Source: Mobula hypostoma
Lineage: Eukaryota
NCBI RefSeq assembly: GCF_963921235.1
Contig: NC_086097.1
Span: 92,940,001-93,004,000 of the forward strand
DNA: 64,000 nt
Reading direction: 5' to 3'
Made by a program: the position numbers and the translations under genes. How positions within the stretch are numbered: the first letter of the stretch is position 1; the number at the start of each line of letters is the position of its first letter. The notes beneath the pieces were generated by a model. It was not told the origin of the DNA. It searched no databases and saw only the letters and a program-made list of their open reading frames with translations. This document shows positions 25,319 through 38,800 of the stretch, piece after piece.

Positions 25319-26491
25319 AAATGGATTAAAAACTTTGGAGAACGCCTTTCAGAAAGCACGTTAAGTCTAACTCAAACAAGTGAAAAGGTTAAACTGTGAT
25401 CCATGTTGCCACACAGGTCGGTGTGAGGAGCCAAGTTCTCTCATATGACCCTGATTCTATCAGGTTTATGATGGAAATTGCACTTCATTTCCATCATAAT
25501 TAAGTGACAATTAATTACCATTTAATGATTAATATGGATATTAATTACATTAATTGTTATTAGAGTCTAGAGAGCAAGTAGCAGCGGTGTAGCAAAGGAA
25601 GGAGGTTAATGAAGCTATTCCAAGCATAGAATGCAGAGATCCCAGCCGACTGTAGCCTCCCAGCTCTGCAGGGAATGATGGCGATCAGGAGGAACTTAAA
25701 TGCAAGATGATCATTCTGAAACTTGGTGAAACAAGGGCTATCATCGAGCACAGATTTCAGTAGGTGGAATGGTCTCAGTGCATTCAATTTAGAATGAGCT
25801 CAAGTTGACACAAGATGGAAAATGGAAGGATATTGCAAATAACCATGTCCAACAATAACAGCAGCGCAGGTGAGAATCTTACCGTTTGTAGGAGTGAGGG
25901 AGAAAGTAACTGGGCTCCACAGAGATGAAACTTTATGGTGACTACTGTTCGGCCAAGCTGTATATACGGATGCAGGAACCGGCAGGTGGGGATGTGGGAA
26001 AAAGAGAGCAAGATGAACCTGAAGAAACAGGCACCTTGGCACAACTCCAGCTTGAGACAGAGGTATAGAAATCGAGAGACGCAAGCTCACCAAACGCTGG
26101 CATCACTCCAGTTTGTTCAGCTGAGAGAGAAAGGGACTGAGGGAAAAGAAAGGAGACCTTCAGTGGCAGGCTTATCTGGCACTGGTCCAGCTCCTTTCTT
26201 GGAGGGAGAGAGAAAGAGAGAAAGAAAGAAGGAGAAGAGAAGAAAAGTGAGCCTTGCAAAGACAGATTTCACTGCAGGGAGAGCCGGGGTTCCTTCAAAA
26301 GATGCGAGGCATGCTTAGCATAAGAATAAATGGGAATGGTGGTTTTAATGAGTGCCTCAGCACAAATGGATTAAAAACTTTGGAGAACGCCTTTCAGAAA
26401 GCACGTTAAGTCTAACTCAAATGAGTGAAAAGGTTAAACTGTGATCCATGTTGCCACACAGGTCGGTGTGAGGAGCCAAGTTCTCTCATAT
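25319..26491 (+). repeat. 128-bp direct repeat: 25319-25446 and 26364-26491
   Basis: The two copies are identical except for two adjacent bases (ca/tg). Confidence 0.95.
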
Positions 26492-27249
26492 TGCATCCTT
26501 TGCTGAGAGTGCTGAGTCCTCGGTGGGCCCATGCCATTAGGTTCGTTGGTTGAGTCCAATGTTATAGGCTTAGAGTCAGAGATATATAGTACAGAAACAG
26601 GCCCCTCAGGATTCTGAATCTATACCAACTATCAATCATGCATTTACAGTAATGCTACTTTAGTCTCCTATTTTATTTTCCCCACATTCTCATCAACCAC
26701 CCCAGATTCTATCCCTCACCTGCAGACTAGGGCAAGTTGCTGCACAGAACTGAGCAGGGGTCAGAATTGAGCCCGAGTCTCTGGCACCGTGAGGCATCGG
26801 ACCTAACAGTGTTTTCTTGAAGCTGTGAATCCGTGTTTGGCCATATAAACGCGGAATGTAATCTTGCAAGCAACTAAGCAGCTTTCTAAAATCATTCAAC
26901 TGCTAAGAAAGTCACCAGAGAACAAAATGGCAGCGCAGAAGGGTTCTCATTGCCTTGACAGCACATGACAAAAACCAAGGGTGCCTGTCGACTCCCATAA
27001 TTTTGTACTTGCTGGTCAAAGATGGCAAAATCACAGAAAGAGGAATAAACCATTCTGCCCTGAACTGCTTTCATCACTCCAGCTATCATCAATCTTTGTG
27101 CTCTTTTTCCGAAGCATAATCTTCCAGCAATTGCTAAACCCTTCCAGTGGAAGTGAATATGTACTCTCCAGTAAAAGTCTGGGGTCATGGAGTCATCCAG
27201 CACAGTATATGGCCCTGCCGTTTCCATGCAGACCATCGAAACAATGATC

Positions 27250-27930
27250 GTGGGAATTGGTAGTGACTTCAGAAGTGTGAAGGTGGGGGACCAAGTATCG
27301 GTTCTCATTGGTGCACCAGAAGTGGAGCGAGAAGTAATTTGAAATGATCGGACATGGGCATATTGGATGAGTTGTCCTGGGTCCGGTCCACTGATGCAAC
27401 AACAGAGAAGATACATCAGTGCCTCTGCTTTCTGAGGAGCTCAAGAAGATTTGCATGTTACCAAATACTTTAACTAACTTTAACAGCTGCACTATTGGAA
27501 GTATCCTTAATGATTACATCATGGGCCAGTAAAGCAGTTCCGATGCATAGGACTGCAAGAGGCCAGGAGAGAGAATGAAACACAGCCCGGTCCCTCACAG
27601 CACAGCATTATGGATACTTACAGGAAATGCTGCCTCAAGACGACAGCATGTGCCATCCAGGAACTCCACCATCTGGGACATGCCCTCTTCTCACTGATAC
27701 TGTCAGGCAGGAGGCACAGAAGCTTCACGTCCCACAGCACCAGGTTCGGGAACATCCACAATCCTACAACCATTAGATGCCTGAACCAACCTGCATAACT
27801 CGAACCACATCTCAGCAAAGAATGCTACAGACCATCTCTCACACTACTATGGACTGGAAGTGTGTCTTTGTTTCTTTTTGCACTACAGTCTTGTATTTGC
27901 AAACTTTTATTCTTTTTTTACGCAATTGTA
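27250..27930 (+). mobile_element. Degraded Rex1/Babar-type 3' fragment
   Basis: ggaattggtagtgacttcaga (ELVVDFR-like); HHLGHALFSLILSGRRHRS...TRFGN. Confidence 0.7.
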
Positions 27931-27942
27931 TAATATTACGTA

Positions 27943-28480
27943 CACTCAGTGGCCACTTTATTAGGTACCTTGTGTAGCACTGTGTACATGTTCAAGCTCT
28001 TCTGCTGCTGTAGCCCATCCACTTGAAGTTTTGATGTGTTGTGTGTTCAGAGATGCTGTCTGCACATCACTTTTGCAATGTATGGTTAGTTGAGTCACTG
28101 CTGTCTTCCTGTCAGCTTGAACCAGTCTGCCCAATGTCCTCTGACCTCTCTCATTAACAAGGAACTTTTACCCACAAAACCTCTGCTTGCTGGATGTTTT
28201 TTTATGTTTTTCCACACCATTCTCTGTAAATTCTAGAGACTGCTATGCATGAAAATCCCAGGAGATCAGTCATTTCAGAGATACTCGAACCACCCCATCT
28301 GCCACCAGCAATCATCCCACGGTCAAGGTACCTTATGTAGATCACATTTCCCCTCATTCTGATGTTTGATCTGAACCTCTTGACCATGTCTGCATGCTAT
28401 TATGGATTAAGTTGCTGCCACATGATTGGCTGATTAGGTATTTGGCGTACCGGTGTACCTACTAAAGTGGCCACTGTGTG
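27943..28480 (-). mobile_element. Non-autonomous Tc1/mariner element
   Basis: TIRs cactcagtggccactttattaggtac / gtacctactaaagtggccactgtgtg, TA on both sides, and a paired-like HTH remnant GMIAGGRWGGSSISEMTDLLGFS. Confidence 0.9.
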
Positions 28481-29699
28481 TACAACTTAAGTATGACTTC
28501 TGTTCTACACATTGCCCACACCAATATGCCGATGATGTGGCTGCAAGTCTCTCATTGCATGTGTACCTCATCAAACATGACAAAAAACTCAAATTGAGCA
28601 ACCACTCAGAATCCCTAACTTCACCTGTAATCTTCTTTTTAGTAATTATCAATAATAAATACTGGTTATCTTATTTGCTTGTTATTATTTTCACATAGGG
28701 TTAAATTTGGAAGGTTTTTCTGCAAGGGCAAGAGTGAATATTAATACCCCCTAATGGGCAAATTTTCAAATGAATGAATAAATGGAAAGAGGACTAGAGG
28801 ACTAGAATCGGGGGAAGGGGAGTAGGACCCTAGTCCTGTTGAGTGCATCATATCAGTCTGGGGTCAACCAAACAATTGATAGGATAGATGTTTGTCTGTA
28901 CGGTCAAATGTCTGGCTGGATGAAGTGATTTTGAGCAAGCGATTGGTGAACAGTTTGAAGAGATCAAGCCTGGGGATGAAAAGTGGGTAGGCAGACTGCC
29001 ACTCTCAAAGATATTGGGATAAGTCAGTGACTTAAATATTCAATAAAGGTCCTTCATTCATGAAACAGCTGCCGGAGCAGTTGCTAACCTGCCAGCTGTT
29101 TTCCAACAGGTTTTCTTTAGGATCTTCCCTCATTAAATACCATTGCTAAACCCGATTCTGGTTTTGAAGGTTTTGACTGCACCTGTGCATACATGTATTT
29201 GTGCTGATGACAATAAGCTCTACTTTGACTTTGACTGTGTTTTGAATGAGATTTTATCATGCAGCATGCAAGCTCGTTATGGTACACTCTTTCTCAGTGT
29301 TACAGTGCAGCACCAGCCTGCATCTTTGTGCTCAAACCCTGAATTGTGCTTTGAATCCACGGACCTCTGACTCAGAGCGACGAGTGCAGACACTAAGCCA
29401 CAGCCAACAGTAATTTTAGAAGTTTTCATAAAGCCCTTTTCTGGTTCCGCTTCCACCACCAGTTTTATGCAATTTTTGCAGGCTTCCTTGTCTTTTGTTC
29501 CGTGCTTTGACCAGTTAAGGCTAGTATCCCATCTGCTTTAACAGCCTTATCTACATGCCCCACTATGGTCAAACATTCAGAATCCTCACAGTTTTCGTTG
29601 TAATGCAACATTTCATAAGGCCTGTCTGCATCTATTTGCTGGTTTTCGTAATCTTTTGGCCTCGAGATGCCAATTAATCAGTTATTCCTGGTGGCAGAT

Positions 29700-29965
29700 T
29701 TTTAAAAATTTTACTTAGAGATATAGCTTGGAGTAGGCCCTTCTGGCTCAACAGGCCTATTTAACAGTAGCCTAATTACAGGACAATTTGCAATGACCAA
29801 TTAACCTACTAACCAGTACCTCTTTGGACTGTGGGGGAAACTGGAGAACTCGGAGGAAACCCATGCGGTCACAGGGAGAACGTACAAACTTCCTACAGAC
29901 AGTAGTGGGAATTGAACCCAAGTCCCTCGCACTGTAAAGCGACATGCTACCGTTACACTACTGTG
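29700..29965 (-). mobile_element. tRNA-derived V-SINE
   Basis: Minus strand: A-box-like gtgtaacggtagc, B-box gggttcaattccc, core gtttgtacgttctccc...gggtttcctcc. Confidence 0.8.
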
Positions 29966-30544
29966 CATCAAATCAGTGGTTTTCAAATAGACCATGTGTG
30001 GTGAACCTTGTACTCCTCTCCATTCACCTTCGAAACCAGAATCAGAATATCTTTTTGCTGGTTTTTGTAACCATACACCCTCACTTTGCCCATTTATCAT
30101 TTCTATCTGGTGGCAGAAATGATTTTGAAGAGATCTGTCAAAAATGCAATTCAAACTCACATTGAAGCTGAAGGTACACAAAGTCACTTGACTCATCATC
30201 ACCAGACTCGTCAATCTTGGAGACATTTGGCTTACATGCTGTTAGCCTGTAACATATCAAGCTATGGTTCTTCACATGCTCATCCAGGTATGATTTAAAA
30301 TGATGAGGAGGTTTTGCCTCTCTGAGGCTGTAAATTCCTGACAACCACTGCTCTTCAGATAAAAATATATTTCATCCATTCATTATTATCCTTTCAATTA
30401 TTTACTTCATTCTCTGTTAACTAGTGATTGAAGTCTTTGCCAATAAGAATAGGTCCCTCTGTTTGCCCTGTCTAAAGCCCTCTCAATTAATTTTTCCTTT
30501 AATCATTGTTTTAAGGGAAACAATTCAGCCGAGACCGTTAAAAA

Positions 30545-30745
30545 AAAACAGGACATGCAAGAAATACTCAGTCTATCAGGCTGCATCTGTGAAAATAGAT
30601 GCTGTTAATATTTCAGGTTGTTTGGTGAAGGGTTTTTATCCGAAGACCCTCAGCAATAATTGTTTTTATTCCCATAGTTACAACCTGGTCTGCTGAGTAT
30701 TTCTAGCATTTTCTGTTTTTATATGAGATCACCAGCATCTGCAGG
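30545..30745. mobile_element. Old miniature PLE-derived element made of two inverted 3' repeats
   Basis: gaaatactcag...gcatctgtg is inverted relative to ctgctgagtatttctagcatttt...cagcatctgcag; a decayed hammerhead-like tgaagggt...ccgaa lies between them. Confidence 0.55.
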
Positions 30746-31239
30746 TTTTTTTTTTAGATTTTCAGTCCTAGTTATAACTCCTTATTTCTTAGAGATTTCT
30801 TCATTATCCTCTCCAGTTTGCTCATAACTTTCCCACATTGTTATAACCAGAACAGCGCCCAGTACACCAGCTGTGGCTTAAAAGTTTATTTTAACAAGAC
30901 CTCCCCATCTATTATTCTGTTTTTTTGCCTGATAAGCAAAATATTCCATATGTTTTAATAATCTTATCTTCTTGTCCCAGTCCTATCAGGATCTCTGTAT
31001 GAGCACTGCCAAGGTATTCCCTTTCCGCTGTGTCTCAGTAATCTATCAATTATCATGCACTTTCTTGCCTTGTTTGCCCTCCACAATTGCATTACTTCAT
31101 TTTTCAGCAGATTGAATTCCATTTGTGCTCTTTGTGTCACAAATCTATTCCACTAATACCTTTAGCAACCTGGAATCTTTTCCTCACAATCCTCCGCTTC
31201 CTCCGCTGCCCATTTTGATGCTAAAATACAAATTTGCCC

Positions 31240-32410
31240 CATCATTTGCTCAGACTGTTGATTAACTGGCTGGAGTGTTCACCGATATCTTTAGCGTCTC
31301 GCTTCAGCAGTCCGAGGTCCTCATCTGATTCAAGCGGATTTCAATTCTATCGATTCTTCAGAAGAACATGTTACCCCCCCCCTCAATGACTATAATAAAT
31401 AGCTCTTACATTCATAATGATGAAATACTTTGAGGAGGTTGGTGATGAAACATATATTCTCCTGCCTGCGAAGCGGCTTAGATCCACTCCAATTTGCCTA
31501 CCAGTACAACAGGTCCACTGTCAATGCCATTTCATTGATTCTTCACTCACCCTGGGACATATGGACAATGAAGGTGCATACATCAGGATGCTCTTTGCCA
31601 ATTACTGCTTGGCATTCAATATTATCACTCCCTCAAAACTGATCAATAAGTTTCAAGACCTTGGCCTCAATACCTTTTTGTGCAACTGGATCCTCAATTT
31701 CTTTACTTGCAAACTCCAGTCAGTTCGGATTGGCAACAACATCTCCACAATCTCCATCAGCACTGGTGCACCACAAGGCTGTGTGCTTAGCCCCCCCGTT
31801 CTATTCACTTTACACTTACAACTGTGCGACTAATACCATAATCAAGTCTGCTGATGACACCGCTGTCATTGGTTGAATCAAAGATGGTAATGAATCATCA
31901 TATAGGAGAGAGATTGAAAATCTGGCTGAATGGTGTCATAACAACCACCTCTAACTGAATGTCAGCAAGACCAGGAAGCTGATTACTGAGTTCAGGAGGA
32001 GGAAACGGAGGCTCATGAGCCAGTCCTCATTGGGGGATCAGAGGTGCCAAGGGTCAGCGTCTGTAAATTTCTTGGTGTTATCATTTCAGAGGACCTGTTC
32101 TGGGCTGAGCATGTATGTGCAAATTACAAAGAAAACATGGCAGCAGGTCCAATTACTTAGAAGTTTGCGAAGATTCAGCATGTCATTTAAAACTTTGACA
32201 AACTTCTACCGATGTGTGGTGAAGAGTGTATTAACTTGCTGCATTACAGCATGGCATGGAACTCCATTTCCATTGAGTGAAAAATCTGACAAGAAGTAAC
32301 GGATATGGCCCAGTCCATCACCAGTAAACACCTTCCATCACTGAGCACAGCTGCACAGATTGCAGTTGTAGGAAAGTAGCATCCGTCATCAGGGACCCCC
32401 ACCACTCAGG
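31240..32410 (+). mobile_element. Rex1/Babar-type LINE RT fragment
   Basis: LDPLQFAY.YNRST, AYIRMLF, STGAPQGCVLSP, IKSADDTAVIG; frameshifted. Confidence 0.9.
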
Positions 32411-33274
32411 TCAAATTTCAAAGTTCAAAGTAAATTTTTATTATCAAAGTACACATGTCACCCTCGCACTGGGGCTTGTATACAAACTTGGCTCATTAGC
32501 TAACTCTGCTAACAGGCATGTGACTCAGCAGTGAGAAGTCCACCTTTCATAAACAACGTACGGCTGGGTTCGGTATGATTTGGGGTTCAACCAAACAGGA
32601 ACGTCGGGAATTCAGATTAAAATGAACCTCAGTTTGAGAGAATGCTGTGTAAATACTAGCCATGCACAATTATCGGTCGCCAAGAAGAAACAGGTCATAC
32701 CCAGCATAAAATTATTTAAAAAGTGTATATACCAATTTCAGCTTTATCAAACAGTTGACAGGAAAAAGAAAAGGAAGAAAAATAAAAGGGCCCGTTATAA
32801 CTAAACCAATCTAAATATGTATATAAACATTGAAGCTCGTTTCTGCAGTGGTCAGTGTGCCACTCTACTCACGTGCTGAATTCTCATCACCAATCACAAA
32901 TAGAACTTCCCTTCTTGGACTCCATCATCTCACAAAGCACTCCTTGAATCCTCCAGGCACCTTCCCTGGTCCTCTCCCCTCCGCATCTCCTGCCAAAAGC
33001 CCACAAACCTGACCACTGTCTGTCAGAAATCTCTCTCTGGCCAGCTTTCTCTGGAACCTTCTCTCTACCCACCACCCACATTGGCTGACACAACATTCCT
33101 AAGTTTAACAACATGGCTCATTACCTTCAGCCAAAACCAAAACAGTCTCACCAGGAGACGCACTGCTTTTACAGAACACTGTTAAAATATAATACCTCAT
33201 GGCATAGCTGTAGAAATCCCAACCAGGGTATTACCCATATATATCACCATATGCAACCCTGAAATCCATTTTCT

Positions 33275-33710
33275 TGTGGGCTCTCTTCTCACTGCTGCCA
33301 TTAGGAAGGAGGTACAGGAGCATCAGGACTCACACCACCAGGTTCAGGAACAGTTATTACCTCTCAACCATCAGGTTCCTGAACCATTGGGGATAACTTC
33401 ACTCAGTTTCATTTGCCCCATCATTGAACTGTTCCCACAACCCATGCACTCACTTCTTAGGACTCTTCATCTCATGTTCTCGATACTTATTGCTTATTTA
33501 TTTATTATGATCATTTCTTTCCTTGGTATTTGCACAGTTTGTTGTCTTTTCCACACTGGTTGTTTGTCTGTCCTCTTGGGTGTGGTCTTTCATTGATTCT
33601 ATTATGGTTCTTGGATTTACTGAATATGACCACGAGAAAATGAATCTCAGGGTTGTATATATATAGTGATGTATATGTGCTTTGATAATAAATTTACTTT
33701 GAACTTTGAG
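33275..33710 (+). mobile_element. Rex/L2-type 3' fragment with (TTTGAAC)n tail
   Basis: Same family as 13110-13520 and 52945-54120. Confidence 0.8.
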
Positions 33711-34189
33711 ATCACTAATATATATCATGAAGAACAAGGGCGCTTGTGTTTAGAACACCACAGCAAACATCTCCCACTTTTAAAGTTGCCATCAACAGGG
33801 ATTCTTGATCGCATTTTTATTTTCTTCTCTTTACAACACAAGAAGCAGTATTTATGTAGCATCACTAATATGGCAAAAGATACCAATTTACTTCTCAAGG
33901 ATCTTATTAAAGATGTTGATACTGAGCTGTCGATTACAGTAGGTGATTAAGCAATAAAAAGTCATTTTTACAGAGTGCTGACAGAGCTCTGGGAGGGAAC
34001 TCCAGAGCCTGCCGGGGCTTGGCTGCTAAAGCCAGCAATTATCAGATTAAAGAAAGTCAAGGATACGCAAGGGAGTAGTTACCACATCATGGGCAGTGAT
34101 GGAATGGAGGAGGAGGACAGGGCATAGGGGCTGTTGAGGCCTTGAAGGGTCTGAGAAAACAAGTTAGACATTTCATGTCAAGATATTGC

Positions 34190-34515
34190 TGTATCTTCCT
34201 TCCCTTTCTCCCATGATCCACTCTCCTCTCCTATCGGATTCCCTCTTCTCCAGCCCTTTGCCTTTTCCACTTATCACCTCCCAGTTTCTTACTTCACTTC
34301 CCATCCCCCGCCAACTTGGCTTCACCTTTCACCTTCTAGCTTGTCCTCCTCCTACCCCTCCCCTTCCCCACCTTCTTATCCCGGCTTCTTCGCCCTCCCA
34401 CTTCCTTTCCAATCATGATCGAGGATCTTGGCCCAGAACGTTGACTGTTTGTTCATTTCCATAGGGGCTGCTTGACCTGCTAAGTTCTGCCAGCATTTTA
34501 TATGTGTTTGCTCTG
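34190..34515 (+). mobile_element. Old PLE 3' repeat fragment with decayed hammerhead
   Basis: CT-rich body followed by catgatcgaggatcttggcccagaacgttgactg...gctgcttgacctgct. Confidence 0.65.
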
Positions 34516-34525
34516 GAGTAACACC

Positions 34526-34605
34526 TTTCTCTCTCTGTCTCTCTCTGTCTGTCTCTCTCTCTCTCTCTCTCCCCCTCTTTCTCTCTCTCTCTCTCTCTCT
34601 CTCCC
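34526..34605. repeat. (CT)n microsatellite
   Basis: Seen directly. Confidence 0.95.
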
Positions 34606-34719
34606 TTCCCAACGTGGAGAAATGCCAAACATCCACTTTAACTTCATACAGACTAATCATGATAAACACAACTGATTAGAGACTACTTGACTAAAGGTCA
34701 CACCAGTCAGCATGCTGGG

Positions 34720-36110
34720 GGTTTATTTCAGCAGTGCTTTCATTGTACCAATGACAGCAGAAGGTAATGGTACAGTATTCAGGAAGAGTTAAGTGTATCC
34801 ACTATTGGTAAGAAACTATTGTCCCACAGACCTTTGTGAACAAACTCCTTTTCTTCGGTCTAAAGGTGCAAGTGGGTGTTGGACTTTTTAAACCAAAGGA
34901 CCTCAGGACATTCAGGATACATAACCGCTCCTCCCTCCCCATCATCCTCAACGTGGGAACCCCCAGGGCTGGGTGCTGAGCCATTGTTGTACACTCTGCT
35001 CACACACAACTGTGCGACCAAACACCTGAGCAATCACATCGTCAAGTTCACCAACGACATGACAGTGGTGGGGCTTGTCGCCGACAATGATGAGACAGCC
35101 TGCAGAGAGGAGGTGGAAGAGCCAGGCAAATAACCTCTTCTTCAATGTTAACAAGACAAGGGAGATGGTTATTGATGCCTGGAAAACCCACACCACTCAC
35201 ACCGCTCTTAACGTCAGCAGCACAGCAGTGGAAACTGTGAGCGGTTTCAAACTGTGAGCGGTCTCATACAACCTCTCATGGTCGAAGAACACATCCTCCA
35301 CAGTTAAGAAAGCTGGCCAATGCCTCTACTTTCTAAGGAGACTGAAGAGAGCTGGTCTATACATACCAATACTCACGAACTTCTACGGATGTGCAGTTGA
35401 GGGCATGCCAGCATATTACATGACTGTGTGGTATGGAAACTGGACAGCGGTGGACAGGGGGGCTCTTTAACCAGTGGTTAAAACTGCCCAATGCATCACT
35501 GGTACCAGCCTGCCCATCACCAAGGACACATAGACAGAAAGGTGCTGGAAAAAGTCCATCAATATCATAAAAGACCCCACCTATGGACTGTTCATCGCAC
35601 TCCCATTAGGGACGAGGCTACGCAACACCCATGCCAGGATCACTAGACTCAAAAGCAGCTACCACTCCCAAGCTGTCAGGCCGTACAACACTTCCATTAA
35701 CCCTGCCCACCACCATTACATCCACATCAGCCACTCCTTTCAACGGCCCCTCAGCGCCCTTCATCCCTCATGCTTACACTCCACACCTCCTACCTACACT
35801 GACACAGTCACCATCCTGTGTGTTTGCACATGTTCTGCTGCTAAGAGTCACTTGATACTTTGTCATTTCCTGTCAGTCACCTTTGTTCAGATACTCCTCT
35901 ATCACTGTGTGTACATACAATCAGTCCATGTACTTAAGCTAATCTCATGTATATACGACCACACTCTGTTTCTTGTACATTCTGTTCATAGTTTTGTTTT
36001 TATATCTATTATGTTTATTATTGCGTACTTTATGATTATTTGGTGGGGGTTTTTTGCTGCATCAGATCCAGAGTAACAATATTTTGTTCTCCTTTACACT
36101 CAAACTGAAG
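34720..36110 (+). mobile_element. Degraded Rex1/Babar-type LINE
   Basis: PLLYTLLTHNC...IVKFTNDMTVVGL; NVNKTREMVID. Confidence 0.8.
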
Positions 36111-37844
36111 AATCATGCATCTTGGATCCTACAACAACAGGGGAGGTGTGAGGTGGAGTTATGCAATAACACAAAGAGCTTTGTGTCATGGAATCTTGCA
36201 CTCGTACATTGACCATTTGGCCCATTGCCTTTGTCAGCTGTTTATCCTATTCTAATTCTGTGCCTGCCCTTTTCCTTGGCCCTTCAAACTATTTTCCCTT
36301 TCTGCTGCTTTGAAATCCAATTCTCTTTCCTAAGTATGTTCATATACCCTTGTGTCAGCATTCAGGCAATCAAGAATAACTCACTGGGTAAAGCAAAAGA
36401 CAATGTAACCACATCTTCTGGGACAAGAGGATGGTTGGGATGTCCACCATTTACTGCCCCTAAATGGGATGGTTTGTTGTGGCAGATATTTAGGAGTCTC
36501 TGACCTGAAATATTAACCCTGTTTTCTCTTCCACAGATGCTAATTGACCAGCTAAGTATTTCTAGCATGTTCCATTTGTATTTCTACACAATTATGTTCG
36601 GCAGCAAATGCATCTGAAAACTCTCCCTTTATTTTGTGTTCCTTTGTATCTCTCAACTGGAAAATCTCTTTGAATTGCATATTTGACCTATAAAATGCAA
36701 ATTTTCCTTTTCCAGTGCATGCTTCACAGTAGCTCTGAACAGCAAGGTAGGTATATTCTATGTTTCACTGCCTCTCCCAACTGGAAACTTCCCCTAGACG
36801 TTTCACAGTAACTCTGGACTGAAACTCTCTTTTTATCTGATGCTTCTCAGAACTCCAGAGCGTGAACTTACTGTCTGACAGCAATTTTCACAACAGCTTA
36901 CCAGGAAATTGTCCTTTCACTTTATCAGTTTCACTGTAACTCATTCTGATGAAAGGCCATCGGCCAGAAACATTAATCCTCTCTTCTCCATCCATAGGTG
37001 CTGCCCAACCTGCTGAATACTCCCAGCATATTGCAGTGGCTCTGATATCCACTGAGTAAAGATGGAAGATCTTGAAGAATGCCTATTGAACTAGGAATTC
37101 CACAATCATATTTACTTTTTACTTTATTTTGTATTAATTGAATTGAAACTCCACAGCCATCATGATTGGATCTCAAATTGGGTCTCCAGGTTATGTCCAT
37201 TAATTTAACCACTGCACCACCACAGGTGATTCAACCAAACCATGAAACAGGAAATACTTGACCTGAAATTGGATAGCGTTGGCTCCTGTGTCAGCAAGTA
37301 TCAAGAATATGTTTTAGAACCACACCCACTGAGCACTTGCTCTTAAATACTCATGAACAGTTGGATGGAGGTCACCTGACATCTTCTAAGATGGCAGCTC
37401 TCTCCAGTACCTTGACACCAAAATAGAAAATAATAGATAAGTTTATGTCAGGATACTGAGGAGATGATGGAGTACATTTTCACCTTTTAACTCTGGTCTC
37501 CTAGAGTACAATCATTGTCTCTTTCTCTTACCCTCACACCCTTGCTTTTCTCTCTTCTCTGGGACATCAGACAGTTTCTTTACAGCTCTGGCTTTTGAGT
37601 GACAAGGGCCATCTTCCAAGTCCAAGTGGTTAGGAGAGAAATGAGATCTCTCACGTTGCATCTGTCACTGGGAGAACCGGCCCGGTGTGTGGGTTAGATA
37701 CAACCCTACCCTTCTAACTGCTGCTCTCTGAAAGACCCAGAAAGGAAAAATTTGTCTTTGGCCACCAGCTCCATTGCACATCTAGTTCCATTGCTGTCAC
37801 AGAGCTCATTAGAAGCTGCAAAGGAAGTGCAACCAGCAATTATA

Positions 37845-38610
37845 CCCCCTCCTGGCACGCATCCATGCAAACGGCCCAAGTGCTATGCCTGCCCAGATAC
37901 CTCTTTGCTCACCTCCATTCAGGGCTCAAAACAATCCTTCCAGGTGAGGTCACACTTCACCAGTGAATCTACTGCGGTCGTCCATCGTGTTCAATGCTCC
38001 TGATGAGGCCTCCTCTACATTGGTGAGACCCTTTGTAAATTGGGGATCATTTTATTGAGCACCTCCACATCATCCACAACAACCAGGACCTACCAGTAGC
38101 CAAACATTTTAATTCCAGTTCCCATTCTGTTCCTGTTGCAACGTGTCAGTCCACAGCCTCCTCTTGTGCCAAGATGAGGCTACCCTCAGGATGGAGGAGC
38201 AATACCTTATATTTGGCCTGGGTAGCCTCTAACCTGATGGCATGAATATCAATTCCTCCTTCCGGTAAACAAATTCCTCCCCCCTTCTTTTATTCATCAC
38301 TCTGACCTTTTACCTCTTCTCATCTGCCTGGGTCCTCTCCTCCTTCCCTTTCTCTTATGGTCCACTCACCTTTCCTATCAGATTCCTTCTTTTCCAGCCC
38401 TTGACCTTTCCTACCCACCTGGCTTCACCTTTCACCTTCCAACTAGCCTCATTCCCATTCTCTTTTTATTCTGGCATCTCCCCCCCCCCCCCGCCCCATT
38501 CCTGAAGAACGGTCTCGGCCCAAAATGTCAGCTATCTATTGATTTCTATAGATGTGGCCTGGCCTGCTGAGTTCCTCCAGGATTTTGTGTGTGGATTTCC
38601 AGCCATCTTG
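37845..38610 (+). mobile_element. Older PLE GIY-YIG and 3' repeat fragment
   Basis: PPGTHPCKRPKCYAC...QSFQVRSHFT; decayed hammerhead ctgaagaacggtctcggcccaaaatgtc at about 38502. Confidence 0.85.
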
Positions 38611-38800
38611 GTTTAAGATTGCCCTGAAAGCAGTTCAGAGTCACTTGAACGAATAGAGATATCACACTTCAAACTGCTGAAAGCTTAGTGCCCACTCCTG
38701 CACCAGTTAGCGGTGTTGAAAGAAAGTAAATGAAAAGAACTTGAAATTTCAAACTTCCGCTCAATCCACCGGAGTCTGTCTTCACATGCTGGGATAGACA

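Noticed and set aside
25319..26491. Direct repeats as LTRs of a TRIM or LTR element
   Set aside because: No TG...CA termini, PBS, PPT or TSD are visible.
26892..27416. 174-aa minus-strand ORF
   Set aside because: It partly overlaps the antisense of a decayed Rex-type LINE and has no recognisable motif.
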